Below, in pieces: positions 51,781 through 64,000 of a DNA stretch of 64,000 nt. Location: assembly GCF_009914755.1 (NCBI RefSeq), contig NC_060926.1. One strand, given 5' to 3'. Position 1 is the first letter of the stretch, and each line of letters starts with the position of its first letter. Origin of the DNA: the human T2T-CHM13v2.0 reference genome, Homo sapiens. The notes beneath the pieces are model-generated. The model was given only the letters and a program-made list of their open reading frames with translations, searched no databases and was not told where the DNA came from. Both the position numbers and the translations under genes were made by a program.

Positions 51781-53640
51781 AGAATTGGTACCAGCTCTTC
51801 TTCATAAATCTGAATTCAGCTGTGAGTCCATGTAGCCCAGGGCTTTTTTTTTTTTTTTTCTCTGGTGGGTAGATTTTTTATTACTGATTTAATTTCAAAA
51901 CTTGATGTTGGTCTGTTCAGGATTTCAATTTCTTCCTGATTCAATGTTGGGACCTTGTGTGTTTCCAGGAATTAATGCATTTCCTTTGTATTTCTGGTTT
52001 GTGTGCATAGATCTACTCATAACTGCCTCTGAAGTTCTTTTGTATTTCTGTGGGATCAGTTGTAATGTCACCTTTGTCATTTCTAGTTGTATTTGTTTGG
52101 ATCTTTTCCTTCTTTTTCTTGTTAATCTAACCAGCATTCTATTGATCTTGTTTATCCTTTCAAATAACCAACTCTTGGTTTTGTTGATTATTTGTATTGA
52201 TTTTTAGGTCTCACTTTTGTTCAGTTCTGCTCTGATTTTAGTTATTTCTTTCCTTCTAGCTTTGGGGTTAGTGTTTTGTTTTTCTAGTCTCTCTAGGTTT
52301 GATGTTAGATTGTTAATTTGATATCTTTCTAACTTTTTGATGTAGGTGTTCAGTGCTAGAAACCTTCCTCTTAATATTGCTTTGACCGCTTCTCAGAGAT
52401 TTCGGTATGTTGTACATGTTTCTTTTAGGAAATAAAGTTTTTAAAAATATAATTAAAATTAAACAAGGTCATTAGGGTAGACCCTAACCCAATATGACTG
52501 ATGTTCTCTTAAGAAGAGAGATGAGGACACAGACATGTATAGGGGAACACACAGGTGCAGACAGGGAGAACGCAGTCATCCGCAAGCTAGAGAGGCCTCA
52601 TAAGGAACCAACCTTGCTGGCACCTTGATCTCAGACTCCTAGCCTCCAGAACTGTGAGGAAATAAGTGTTTGTGGTTTAAACCCTCCTAGCCTGGGGCAC
52701 TTAGTTATGGCAGCCCGAGCAGACACATACTGCCCCTGAGAAGCGGGGCTGTGTCTTAGCGCCTTTGTGCCCAACACACATGGACACACTTAGAGCTGTG
52801 CTGAATGAAGGAGGGAGTGAGGGTTCGCAACCTTGGAAGTTCTTGTCCATTCCAAGGCCGCCTAAGGGGAAGAATTTCCTGGCCTCCTCGTGGCTTCGCC
52901 GCCCATGAAAGACACACGTGGGCACCGGGTCCTTGCAGGGAGGACCTTTTCTCTAAGGCACCACAGAGCCCGCCTCCCTGTCTCGGTGACCTTGCTTTCT
53001 CTGCACAATAGTTGTAGGGAGACTCGGGGAGCTTCCTGAGAGGCTGAAGGACACTTTAGAAATGTCAGCAGGAGAGACCCACTTCCCTTTTAACCCATGG
53101 AGTCAGGAGGAGAGGTAGGTGATGGCGTCAGGAGGGGAGGTAGGTGACCGTTCCTCTGTGGTCACACCTAGGGTTGGCCACATGGAGCTCTTTTCCTTGG
53201 ACAAGCCTCTTCTCCTCTCCCAGCCTCAGTTTCCCCTCAGCAAAATGATCATGACCCATGTCTCTCCCCTAAAACCTCCAACAGTTATGAAAACGCTTTG
53301 TCAACTGTGGTGTTACCCACAAATGTGCAGTGTGGTGTAGGGTTTGTACTGTGGAAGCTTGGTTCTCTTGCTGGTGCTAAAAGTGAGGCCCGGGGCGGGC
53401 AGGGCTGCTGGATGCAGATGGCATGTGTGTGTGCGTGTGTGTGCATGCATGTGAGTGTCAGAGCACAGGAGCCCTCGGTGGCCATGGGGCTGGTGCTTCC
53501 CGCCCACCCACCAGGCCAGGCTGGCTGCAAAGCATTCTCTGCTGAACTCATGAACAACACCCTCTGACCACCCCAGAGATGGAACAAGGTTGGAGAAGCT
53601 GTGTCTTCAGTGCCCGTCTTTGGGTGATTCTGAGGCTCTG

Positions 53641-53856
53641 CTGGGCTCAGAGAACACTTTTGGTAAAGGCCCAGACAGGAAACACATTCAGCTTTGCAGG
53701 CTGTGCAGTCTCTACTAAAAGTACACAGCTCTACTCTTACAACTGGAAGACAGCCACAGACAGTATGCAAATGAATGAGCATTACTGTGTTCCAATAAAA
53801 CTTTATTTATAAAAGCAGGCAGATTTGGCCCACTGGTTGTAGTTTGCGGACTCCTG
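53641..53856 (-). mobile_element. MER58A (hAT MITE)
   Basis: gtaaaggcccagacagg...tgtgttccaataaaactttattta...tagtttgcggactcctg. Confidence 0.85.
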
Positions 53857-55395
53857 TTCTAGGCCAACCTGTTCCTTCTACCAAAGGAAATAGTGAGGCC
53901 TGGGGTGGGGAGACTCCCCTGGGGCATGAAGGCTCCCTGGGGTGTGGACCCCCCCTGCCAGTCCCCTGACTCCTCCCAGAGCACCGCACTGCTGAGCTCC
54001 TGAGGCCCAGCTCCCCTCCCCAGTGTGTTCTTCTGTGTGATGTCTCAACACTGGTTGAATTTCCTGGGTGAAATTTAACTATCATTTGTCCTTAACTGAT
54101 GATAAGCTCTTTGATGTAAATTGAGTTATCCATTTCCCATGACAAACATATGGAGTATTATTTTTATCTCCATTTTAAATACGAGGAAACTAAGCCCCAC
54201 AGAGTTACCTTCTAGGATGAAATCTGCCCCGTTTTAGATTCTGCGCACTGACAAGAGAGTAGTTAGAAGAGGGACACATTTGCTCACTTCCAGAGGGAGG
54301 CTGACAGGCCCCCAACCCAACCCCCACCCAGGGTGTGCCCCCGGCTGGCCGACAGAAATCCTTGTATTTCAGGACGCCTCACCCGCCCTGCAACCAAGGG
54401 GGGCCTGCCAGGACCACTGCCAGTAGCTGGTGACTCACATCCGTGTGTGCAAAAAACTCTCATCTGTTGCCTCCCGGGAAGGGGTGCCGGGGGCTCCCTG
54501 TGTGGCTGGCCAGGGTCCCCGGCGGGGATGTGGTCCTGCTCTGGGGCTGCATTCCTGCTGAGGTGTCCCGACTCCCCCAAGGATGTGGGTGCCGTGTGTA
54601 CGTGTGTGTGTGTGCATGGGCCCTGGCATGGGTAGGAGCCTCAGGTGCTGCCTCTGGGCCTCATCCCCTTTACCCACCCCCACCTTTGCGCTCTCTGCTG
54701 CTGTACGAGCTTCAAAGCCTTTGTCTTGCTGTGACACCGGGAGGGCAGGATTCCCACATTCCCCTTGAACTTGGTCCTGACACTGGCCTTCCTCCAGGCC
54801 ACAGCTCTGCTCAGGTGCCCTCCACGCCCTGTGAACAGCCTGCCAGTGCCCACCCCTCCTTGACTGGTGCCCAACTTCTGAAAATGTTTTGATCACATAT
54901 GCCATCTGGAGCAGCAGCCACACTGAGCTTCCATAGTGCTTACGATGGGGACTACCTGGGCAAGGAGTGTGGCCAGGGGTCCCCCCTTGGGGGCCCAAGT
55001 CTTCTCTCCATTGTGAGACAGTAATGATGGACACCACATTGTGAAGAGAGCTGCAACTGACTTTACCAAAATGTTAAATTAAGAAAATGAACATGTTCAG
55101 CAAACTGCCTGTGCAATCTCATTTGGTTCTGGGACAGGGAAAGGCGTGCTGGAGGAGATTGCCCACCGGGTTCATCTTCCCTGCTCCAGGTTCTGCCCGT
55201 CTGGTCTGTGCAGAAATGGCCACTTAAAAATGTTTTGAGTTATGAGTGCAAATAGCTGATTTCCACCCAGGAACATTTGCACTAAGAAGTTCCTCAGTCT
55301 GGAATGCTCTTATTTTCTCTTTCCACGCCTGGCTTGTAATTGTCATTCAGATCTCAGTTTAAGTGTCTTTTCTTTTTCAGATTTTTATCTGACTC

Positions 55396-55750
<355 letters not shown>

Positions 55751-55957
55751 TAATTCTCTGACATTGATATGTGTGTTCCTCTCCCTTTCTCTCCTATTCA
55801 ATTGATTGTAAGCTTCATGAAGCAAGGGGGACTTTGCTGTTTTTGTTCATGCTGGGTCATGCCGGGTTATGCTGGGTCTCCAGTGTTTGTAATGGCTCCT
55901 ACGATATCATGGACACCCAACACACGCTTGGGGGATAACTCAATGAACGGCAGATAA

Positions 55958-56370
<413 letters not shown>

Positions 56371-59300
56371 TAACTCCAGTCTTAATTGCAAATATTTTAT
56401 GACAATTCTTTCTGCTCCCAGTGCTCTTAGGAAATGGTGGTTCCAATGGTCACTGAAGCAGCGTCTCTCTTCAGTGCAGTGGTTCTGCTGTTTGCTTGGA
56501 GAGATTTGTGAATGACTTGGTGTTTTGTGGTGAGAGGGATGGAGGGGGAAGGAGAAGAGCCATGTGCAAGAGTCATTGAACTTCGTGGTAACTCGTGAAG
56601 TTATTAAATTACAAGATTAAATGTCTCCTGGGATTGAGGCAGGTCATGTACTTAAGATTCCCTCTCCGGAAGGGACCAGGGAAAGAGGCGTTTTTGAAGC
56701 CTGTGTTAGCACCACAGGCTCTATAGCCAGCAGCCCAGTCACATATTTGATAGATATTGCCATGAATTGACTAACCCACCTAATCTTCAGTGAATTCCCA
56801 CTCTATTCAAGATATGTGTGGATGTTGGGGATGCAGTGATGGACAAACTACAGACAGTTAATGAGAATTTTGAGGTTTAACAACAGATTATTTTATTACA
56901 TAAAGAATAAACAATGTAACCTATTTACACACTAATATTAAGAAAAACATAACTTGAAGCAAGATTGAAAGAAACAGCACCATGGCACCAATCTCATTTT
57001 CCTCCCTTTCAACGTGGATGCCTTCCAGGGGGCAGCGTGGCTCTGTCCTGGGTCTCCCACATACCAGCCTTGTGCCAGTAGCCAATTAGCTAACCCAATT
57101 CTATTTCACCATCTGCAAAATGGTACCCGCTTGTGTGTTTCACAGAAACATTATGAGAAGTTAAATAATAATCCATGTAAAACCCATATACAACACTCAG
57201 TCTATAGAAAAGTGAATTTTAAAATTATTTTTCTGTCTTACTTTATTCATGAATTTATCTCCCAGATTGTGAGGAAATAGTTTTCAACTACCCAGAATTT
57301 TATGTTTGAAACGTCAGAAACCCTCCAGAGAGCATAGGTTGCCCGGGCGACTGTAGTACAGCATCAAGGCACCCTTGAGTTGGCAAGACACAGGCTTGCT
57401 GTGCCTGAGAAGCACAAGGTTCCACTTCCCAGCCATGGTGGTTTTCAGCAGTGCTGTTTCTACTCTTAGGTCAGAACAGAGATATGGGAAAAATCCCTGC
57501 TCTTCTGTTTCTTTTCCCCAGTGCCGCCTCCTCCAGCCTCCAATGGAGGTGTTTCCATGGGTGACCACATTCTGTTCCACTGGTGGTGGCCTTTGTGTGA
57601 GTGCTCCTTCAGGGACCACATTGATCATTAACACACCTTTGAGGTTTCTTTCTTTTTTCTCTGAAACATGGCTTCTTAAAAACTTTACACTTTTTCTCTC
57701 ATGAGCATTTTAACACATTTAAAAAATAACAGAACAGTTAAAAAAAAAAACCCACAGTTTCACACAGGCTTCTTCTCACTGAATCATGTTTCATCTTTTC
57801 CCTTGGCACAACCAAAGGGAAGGTTAATTTAAAACAGCTGAGAGTGATGTCACGTCACACGCCGACACCTCTTTTTCTTTTTTTTTTTTTTTTTTTTTTT
57901 TTGCCAGGAAAGAAAAGAGGTTCACCTCAGGCTGCTCAGAAGGAAGGTGTTCCAGGAAGGCCAGAAAAGGGAGGCTGCTCTGGAAAAACAAAGAAGAGCT
58001 TGGCAGGTCCTAGAACGGAGGAGAAGTTAGACCCTGGGAATCCAAGATGCTGCAACGTCAGGCAGCTGGTCCCCAGCAAGGCTGGCACGTGGAAACCTCA
58101 CGGAGAAAAGTGATTCATAACCAAAGCAGGGCTCCCACAGCGACGCTGAGCAGACACAGAACTATTTTTCACATAACACTTATTTTATTTAAAAAAAATG
58201 TTAAATGACTTTCCTTTGCATGGATTCTCTGTTTCTCTTGCTCTGGTTCTGGAAGCCATGTGGAGTGGTGGCCAAGAGTCAGTCCTGTTCTGTATTTTTT
58301 TGTTGTTGTTGTTATCTTTCTGAGTTGATCAGCAACTGAGAGAATTGAGGAAAGTCGCCCAGGTGGCTCATGTCCAGTGCGTCACTCCACCCCATTCCGA
58401 CAGCCTCATAGGTTGCTTAACTCTGGAGCCTGGCATTCTCCAGATGCCCCTGCAGGGAGGATTACTTGGCTCCCTCCAGCAGACAACCTTGTGGAACGCT
58501 CAGAGCAGAAGTGAGTCACTGCAGCAGGCCCTGTGCACGGAGGCAAGCCAGGAGGTGGTGGAGCTTTATGCGTCCATCATCAGCATTAAAGATGCAGCGA
58601 GGGGCAGGGCTCCTTCCCCCAGAACCATGCATGGTGGGCTATTTGTCCCCAAGTGTGATCTTTGCCTGCAAGGTTCCTGCTGTTGTGGCACTCAGACCTT
58701 CATCTATACCTTCCTCAGGAATTCTGTAAACTACCAAATAGTTTTATCAATAACCCCTTCCTACCTAAGCCAGCTAGAGTGAATACTTAAGGCTGCATCT
58801 AAGAACGGTGACCAATTTAATCACTTCACTAATTTTAACAATGGCTCCTCAAACAGGGGTTTGCTCCATTTCCTCCGTTTCCAAAGGAGGAAGTTGATGG
58901 GCTGATGGAGGTAGGTGAATATCATTGGTTGATGTTGAATAGGCCAAAGCTCTTATTATTACTAGTATTTAAAATATTCATTCTGAAGTTATTTACATAT
59001 TTTAGAACTCATTTAATTAAAGACTCATGTTACAGGTTCATTGAGTAAATAAGTCTGGTTATTTACTGATCCACTGGTTCCAACTAAATAGTTGGGCCAC
59101 AGATTGTCTGTTGGTGACAATAACCAGTAAGCACCTTTTTAGAGAAAGCCTGTTGCTGTGTGCCTCAGCATTTGACTAATGGCAGGAACACCTCTGAGTA
59201 CTTCACCGGGCCTGGATTTGACCTGTGAGAATGAATGTGCAGCTTACTGCATGGGAACTGGAAAGATTTAAGGACCTACTCTGGTGGGCACACAGTGAAT

Positions 59301-61351
59301 TACTGGTGCGTCCTAGTGAGAACTTACCATCTCAGCTGCTAGTCGATTATTTCTCACACATTAAGGACTTTACTCTGTTTCTTAAGAGAAAATCCTTTCC
59401 CACTGAAGGGAAGGATTCATTAGTAAAATCCATTCTAGTTGAGGCTCCTCTGTCTTCCCAAGAGGAAGGGAGGGTGCAGTTGGGCATGAAGGCTTTTTGA
59501 AGGTACTGTAACTTAGTATGGTACAACAACTTACTAGGTTGCCCCTTTGCTGTCACCCAAATTTGGAAAGGAATTGGTCATTTCAGGTTTTTCATATTTA
59601 TAGTAAAAGAAAATCCATCAAGTTTATCCCTAAAGAGGACTTACGTGACAACTGCCCATGCATAGACAACTGGAGTCCCTCGATCAGACCCACCAAGGAG
59701 AGAAATCCATTTTGCATATTGTGTATGGCCTTGAACCAGGAAGGGCATAGGCCGTGGGTGTGCTTCCCTCCGTGCAAGGGAGTGCAGCCTGGGAGCTGCA
59801 TTCCATCATCACGTCTCTCAAGTGAAGTTGCGCAGAAAGCATGGAACTCCTTTCTGCCTGGATTTTGGAAGGAACCAGTGGACAAATTTAATCTGATGAA
59901 GACATTGTAAGGTTAATTTTAGGTTTCAAATACTTTCTTTTGTAAAAATAGTGAGTATTCATTAATTTCCAGAAAGGGTGCCTGGTACTGAGGATCCAGA
60001 GGCCAAAAAGACATGTCCCTAGACACCTGGAGTTGGGGTGTGACCAGAAAGCCATCGCAACCTCTGTGAAAGAAAATGAAACCTTCATTCCAGGTGAATC
60101 TCTGCATTGCGCTCTGAAGGACATGCAGCCCCTTTCTTCTACTACACTTTCTCTAAGGACTGTGATTCATTGATTAGCCATCCCATGTTCCGTATCCTTG
60201 GGTTGTTATCCCAGGCTGCCCTCTGCCATCTGCTCCCTGGAAAAGATGGGTCCTTATTGCAGCCACCTGTGGAGCCATTTTGGCCTGGGATGAGCTACTC
60301 ACCAACACACCCAGCCCATCTTAGATCTCTGGGATCCCAGACCAAATGGAGGCAGCCCTTGAACAGTCCGTGGAGATAATCCCTCTCTATTTTTCCTATT
60401 TCCAAGGCTCCATGAACCTACACATAGAATCTGTCTGGTGAGCATAATACACGCCGCAGCTGAAAACCTTCTGAAGACGCAACACATTGTTGTGGGTGAT
60501 TGAGCTTCATATTGTTTTGCCAATTCTCGAACAAATGGCCAGACTCGTTTGGAACTCGCTTTTCTTTGTTGTTTAATAAAGCAGCAATCATATAGCATGT
60601 GAGATAATGGAATGGTTGAATGCAAACTTGAATTATTTTATTTTATGGAGTCTTAATTAGATTTGTAATGTGGAGCTCCCAAGTACCAAATGGTTGCTGA
60701 AATTTAATGGGACCTCTTGTGGGGAGTGAGAGAGTTGTAATTCTCCCATTCACACAACAAAGGCCGGCTGTTCTGAAGTTTGGCATATATCAAGTTACAA
60801 AACACCTTCCTGACTCCGCAGAAGATCCATGCCTTGGCTCCTTCTTATTTCTCTGCTCTGTTTTCTTATGGTTGTCTTTGCTTGAGCCCTGGAGAAGAAT
60901 GGTTCACCTTTTCAAGTTTCTTTATTAAAGTCATCATTGTTTACCGTCAACCTGAGCTGAGACTGTGGCAGCACCATGGGGCTGCTTCTGGACAGTGTAG
61001 AGGTTCTTGGCCCCAGCCCAAGTCCTGAGTCCTCCTCACTTCCCACCTTCCCCAGGCACACCCCTCCTGGAGCCACCATCAGAAGCTGCCAGACCAGGGC
61101 AGGAGCTTGTGGGTCAAACCCAGTTCTGAGGTGGGTTACGTGTGTTATGTTCCACTAAGAATATCTAAAGAATTAGGTTCCTATCCCTATAATGACACCA
61201 TTCTCAGTTGCCAGCATCCAAATGTGATTTTCAGAGTAGGAAGGGAAGGGTGGACTTGGAGCTGGCGCCCCAGGGAGTTGTTTTGAATGTGAACATGACC
61301 TAGACTGTGGGTCATGGTGGAGACAAGTTCAGGAATCAGCACGCTGGGGCG

Positions 61352-61529
61352 CTGGGGAGGCAAGGAGATGGGCAGTCCAGCTTGGCCCCAGTGCCCAAAC
61401 CCATCCCTCACTGGGGAGGCAAGGGAGATGGGCAGCCCAGCCTGGCCCCAGTGCCCAAACCCATCCCTCACTGGGGAGGCAAGGGAGATGGGCAGCCCAG
61501 CCTGGCCCCGATGCCCAAACCCATCCCTC
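61352..61529. repeat. 60-bp tandem repeat x3
   Basis: ctggggaggcaagggagatgggcagcccagcctggccccagtgcccaaacccatccctca. Confidence 0.95.
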
Positions 61530-61604
61530 TGGTTCAAGGTCCTTTCCTCATCACCTCAAGCCCATCACACAGGCTGTGAGTATATCTTCTTCCTCCCTGA
61601 GGCA

Positions 61605-61961
61605 TGGGCTTAGTCCTTCTGTGCTGCTGAAACAAAATGTCATAAACTGAGTGGCTTACACATAGCAGAAATTTATTTTTCAGTCTGGAGACTGGGAGGT
61701 CCCAGATGAAAACATCAGCAGATTTGGTGTCTGGTGAGGGCCCAAATTCTCATAGATGGCACCTTTTTACTGCATCCTCACATGGTGGAACTGACAACCA
61801 TGCTCCCTTGGGGCTCTTCATAAGGGGACAACCTCACTCATGAGGCTCTTCTCCAGTGGCCTAATCACTTTCCAAGGGCCCCGCCTCCTAATATCATCAC
61901 CTTGGGGGTGAGGACATCAACCTATGAACACTGAGGGGACACAAACCTTCAGACTACAGTG
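61605..61961 (-). mobile_element. MLT1A LTR
   Basis: cagatttggtgtctggtgagggcc; cctaatatcatcaccttgggggt. Confidence 0.85.
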
Positions 61962-62106
61962 TCTGGTCAGCATCACCCTTTTTAGCTTCCACTTTGGTGG
62001 CTTGGATCTTGGACTCACAGGTTTCTACAATGATTTTTTTGCTTTCTGACTTCACCCTGACCATGGTCATCTCTTCTCCCTGACATTGCCTATGCTGGAT
62101 GGAACA

Positions 62107-62400
62107 TGTTTTAGTTTTGAGTGTCTCCAGAGGAGACTGAGGTAAGGAAATGCTGTGTGTAGCTCATCTGGATGGTGCAGGGACCCCAGCAGGGAGGTGG
62201 GGAGTGATTTGAGGAAGGAACAGTGACCCTCCAGGGGGAGCATTGTAAGCATAGATGGCAAATGGACCTTAATCCTTTAGGGGAAGTTCTAGGAAAAAGA
62301 ACTGTATTGGTGGGGGAACTGGGGTATTTATACTCCCACACCTGTCCGTCGTTGGTCACGTGCTGCCCTGGGACACATTCATTTATTCTCCATGAGCACC
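62107..62400 (-). mobile_element. Old ERVL LTR fragment (LTR16-like)
   Basis: tgttttagttttgagtgtctccagaggagactgaggtaagga. Confidence 0.5.
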
Positions 62401-62895
62401 TCAAAAGGCCCTTCTCTGTGTTAGGGGCACAAGCTCCTCTGTCCAGCCTGAGATGGACCTGGTGTTCTCAGCCCACATACAGAGCCAGGAGAGTCGACAG
62501 GTCACCACTCAGGACTGTATCCCCCTCCGGCTCAGCTTCCCAACTGGGCCCATGCCCCAGTGTGTGCAAGGGGGGGTTTTACCCCATCTTCCAGTGTGCA
62601 GCTTGAGGTGCCAATGGGTGAGGTGCCAATGGGTCTCTGAAAAGTCCACTTTCACCACAGAGGGTTCTGAGTGGCTGCAGGCTCTGGATTCAATTCCAAG
62701 CTCCTCCATCCCCAGTGGGACTGTCTTTTCACCACCATGCCCAGGTATGGTGACATTGGCCACCTCTTAGGCTTCTGGGAGGGTTGAGCTATATTTGTGT
62801 CACATGTAAAGTGATATAATGCACATACATTGTTATTTTTATTAATACTTTGAATTCTGAGCTGCCTGCCCTTGCAAATTCAGCAAGAGGTGGCC

Positions 62896-63346
62896 TGTGG
62901 TTGTCAGCCTCCAATATGCCACCCATCTCCCCACCCCCTGAGTGGCTCGCAGGGATGATCTGATGACTGAGGGTGATGAGATGTCACTTCTATGACTACA
63001 TTGCAGAAGACACATCTGAGATGCCCTCTCACCTTCCTGACTCCCTCATGCTAGGGGAAGACAACTGTCAAGGAGAAGTCCACAGAGTAAGGATGCAAGT
63101 CCTCTGGCAAACAGTCATGTGTGTGACTTGGAATTGGATTTCCCAGCTGCAGTTGAGCCCTCAGATGACAGCAACTGCTGCTGACAGCTTGATGGAAACT
63201 TCATGAGAAACCCCGAGCCAACATTACCCACCTCAGCCATTTCCAAGACCCCAACCCTCAGAAACTCTGTGAGATAACAAGGATTTGCTGTTTTGAGCCA
63301 CTAAGTTTTTGAAAAATGTGTTATGCAGCAATAGATAACTGAGACA
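62896..63346 (+). mobile_element. MLT1F-like LTR
   Basis: gttgagccctcagatgac...tgttatgcagcaatagataactgagaca. Confidence 0.8.
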
Positions 63347-63754
63347 TGGCCCCAGCAATGATGGATTCTAAATGTGACTCACCATCTCATAAGCAAGCAG
63401 TCTATTAGAGGGTCAAGGTCCCATAGGAGCATATTATGCAGGCCCTGTCCTCATCCTGCTGTCCCCTTAAGCCTTTGCCTCTGGATAATGATCCCCTCAC
63501 CACTCACTGGGGTCCTTCTGGACCAGCTGTCATTTTCCAGCATGCCCCCTCCTCAACCTCCTGTGCCTTTGCTGGTCCCAGAGCTGGGATGCCGGTCTCA
63601 TCTGACATCCTTCCGTGACCACTCTGAGCTCACCTCCTTCACCCAAAGAGAACTCCCAGGAGCCTCAGGCAGAGTTATTAGCCTTGGCCTCTGAGATCCC
63701 ACAGCACATTGTGCAGAATCAATGGTACCAGGTCTCCTGTGGAGAAGACAGCAT

Positions 63755-64000
63755 GAGAGTAGACTTTACATGGGCTCTTGTTACCCCTGCCTCCTGGTGT
63801 TTATGCCTGTTTAGTCTTCAGGGAAGCAGATGCTTCCACAGTTGAGCCTCAGATGAGACTACAGCCCTGGCTGACATCTTGATTGCAGCCTTGTGGGATG
63901 CAAAGCTAAGCTGTGACACCTGACTCACAGAAATGTTGAGATCATAAATATGTGTTGCTGAAGCTGCTAAATGTGTAGAGCTTATTATGCTAGATAATTA
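63755..64000 (+). mobile_element. MLT1E/F LTR with internal deletion, runs to the window edge
   Basis: cagatgagactacagccctggctgacatcttgattgcagccttgtg. Confidence 0.75.

Noticed and set aside
61187-61613. ORFs with 20-aa repeats in three frames
   Set aside because: A consequence of a stop-free 60-bp tandem repeat; no splice or coding support seen.

Overview
Primate, most likely human, genomic DNA (Alu, L1, THE1/MST/MLT LTRs, MIR/L2, MADE1, Charlie). It is GC-rich and repeat-poor over about 1-40 kb, L1/Alu-rich over about 40-52 kb, and mixed after that. I cannot name the locus, and I see no intact protein-coding gene, tRNA, rRNA or CRISPR array. The main signal is a large disabled multi-exon gene on the minus strand, reconstructed by hand. 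It has about 24 candidate exons from a possible ATG at 34918 to a TAG at 4566, with AATAAA at 4531-4526, roughly 2,300-2,400 codons in total. The exons have AG/GT (one GC) splice sites and matching phases at nearly every junction, scattered stops and a few frameshifts. All recognised interspersed repeats fall in introns except a THE1 LTR that sits inside one exon. The N-terminal exons look like folded domain(s) and the rest looks disordered. Other notable items: a near-full-length hAT/Charlie transposase fossil resembling SCAND3/ZBED9; an inverted local duplication inside an MLT1F LTR that preserves the single-unit ancestor of a nearby 68-bp minisatellite; a 1.9-kb 20-bp VNTR with 79/158-bp higher-order structure; and nested LTRs with TSDs. 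Repeat subfamily calls are from memory of consensus sequences, and boundaries of old elements are approximate.
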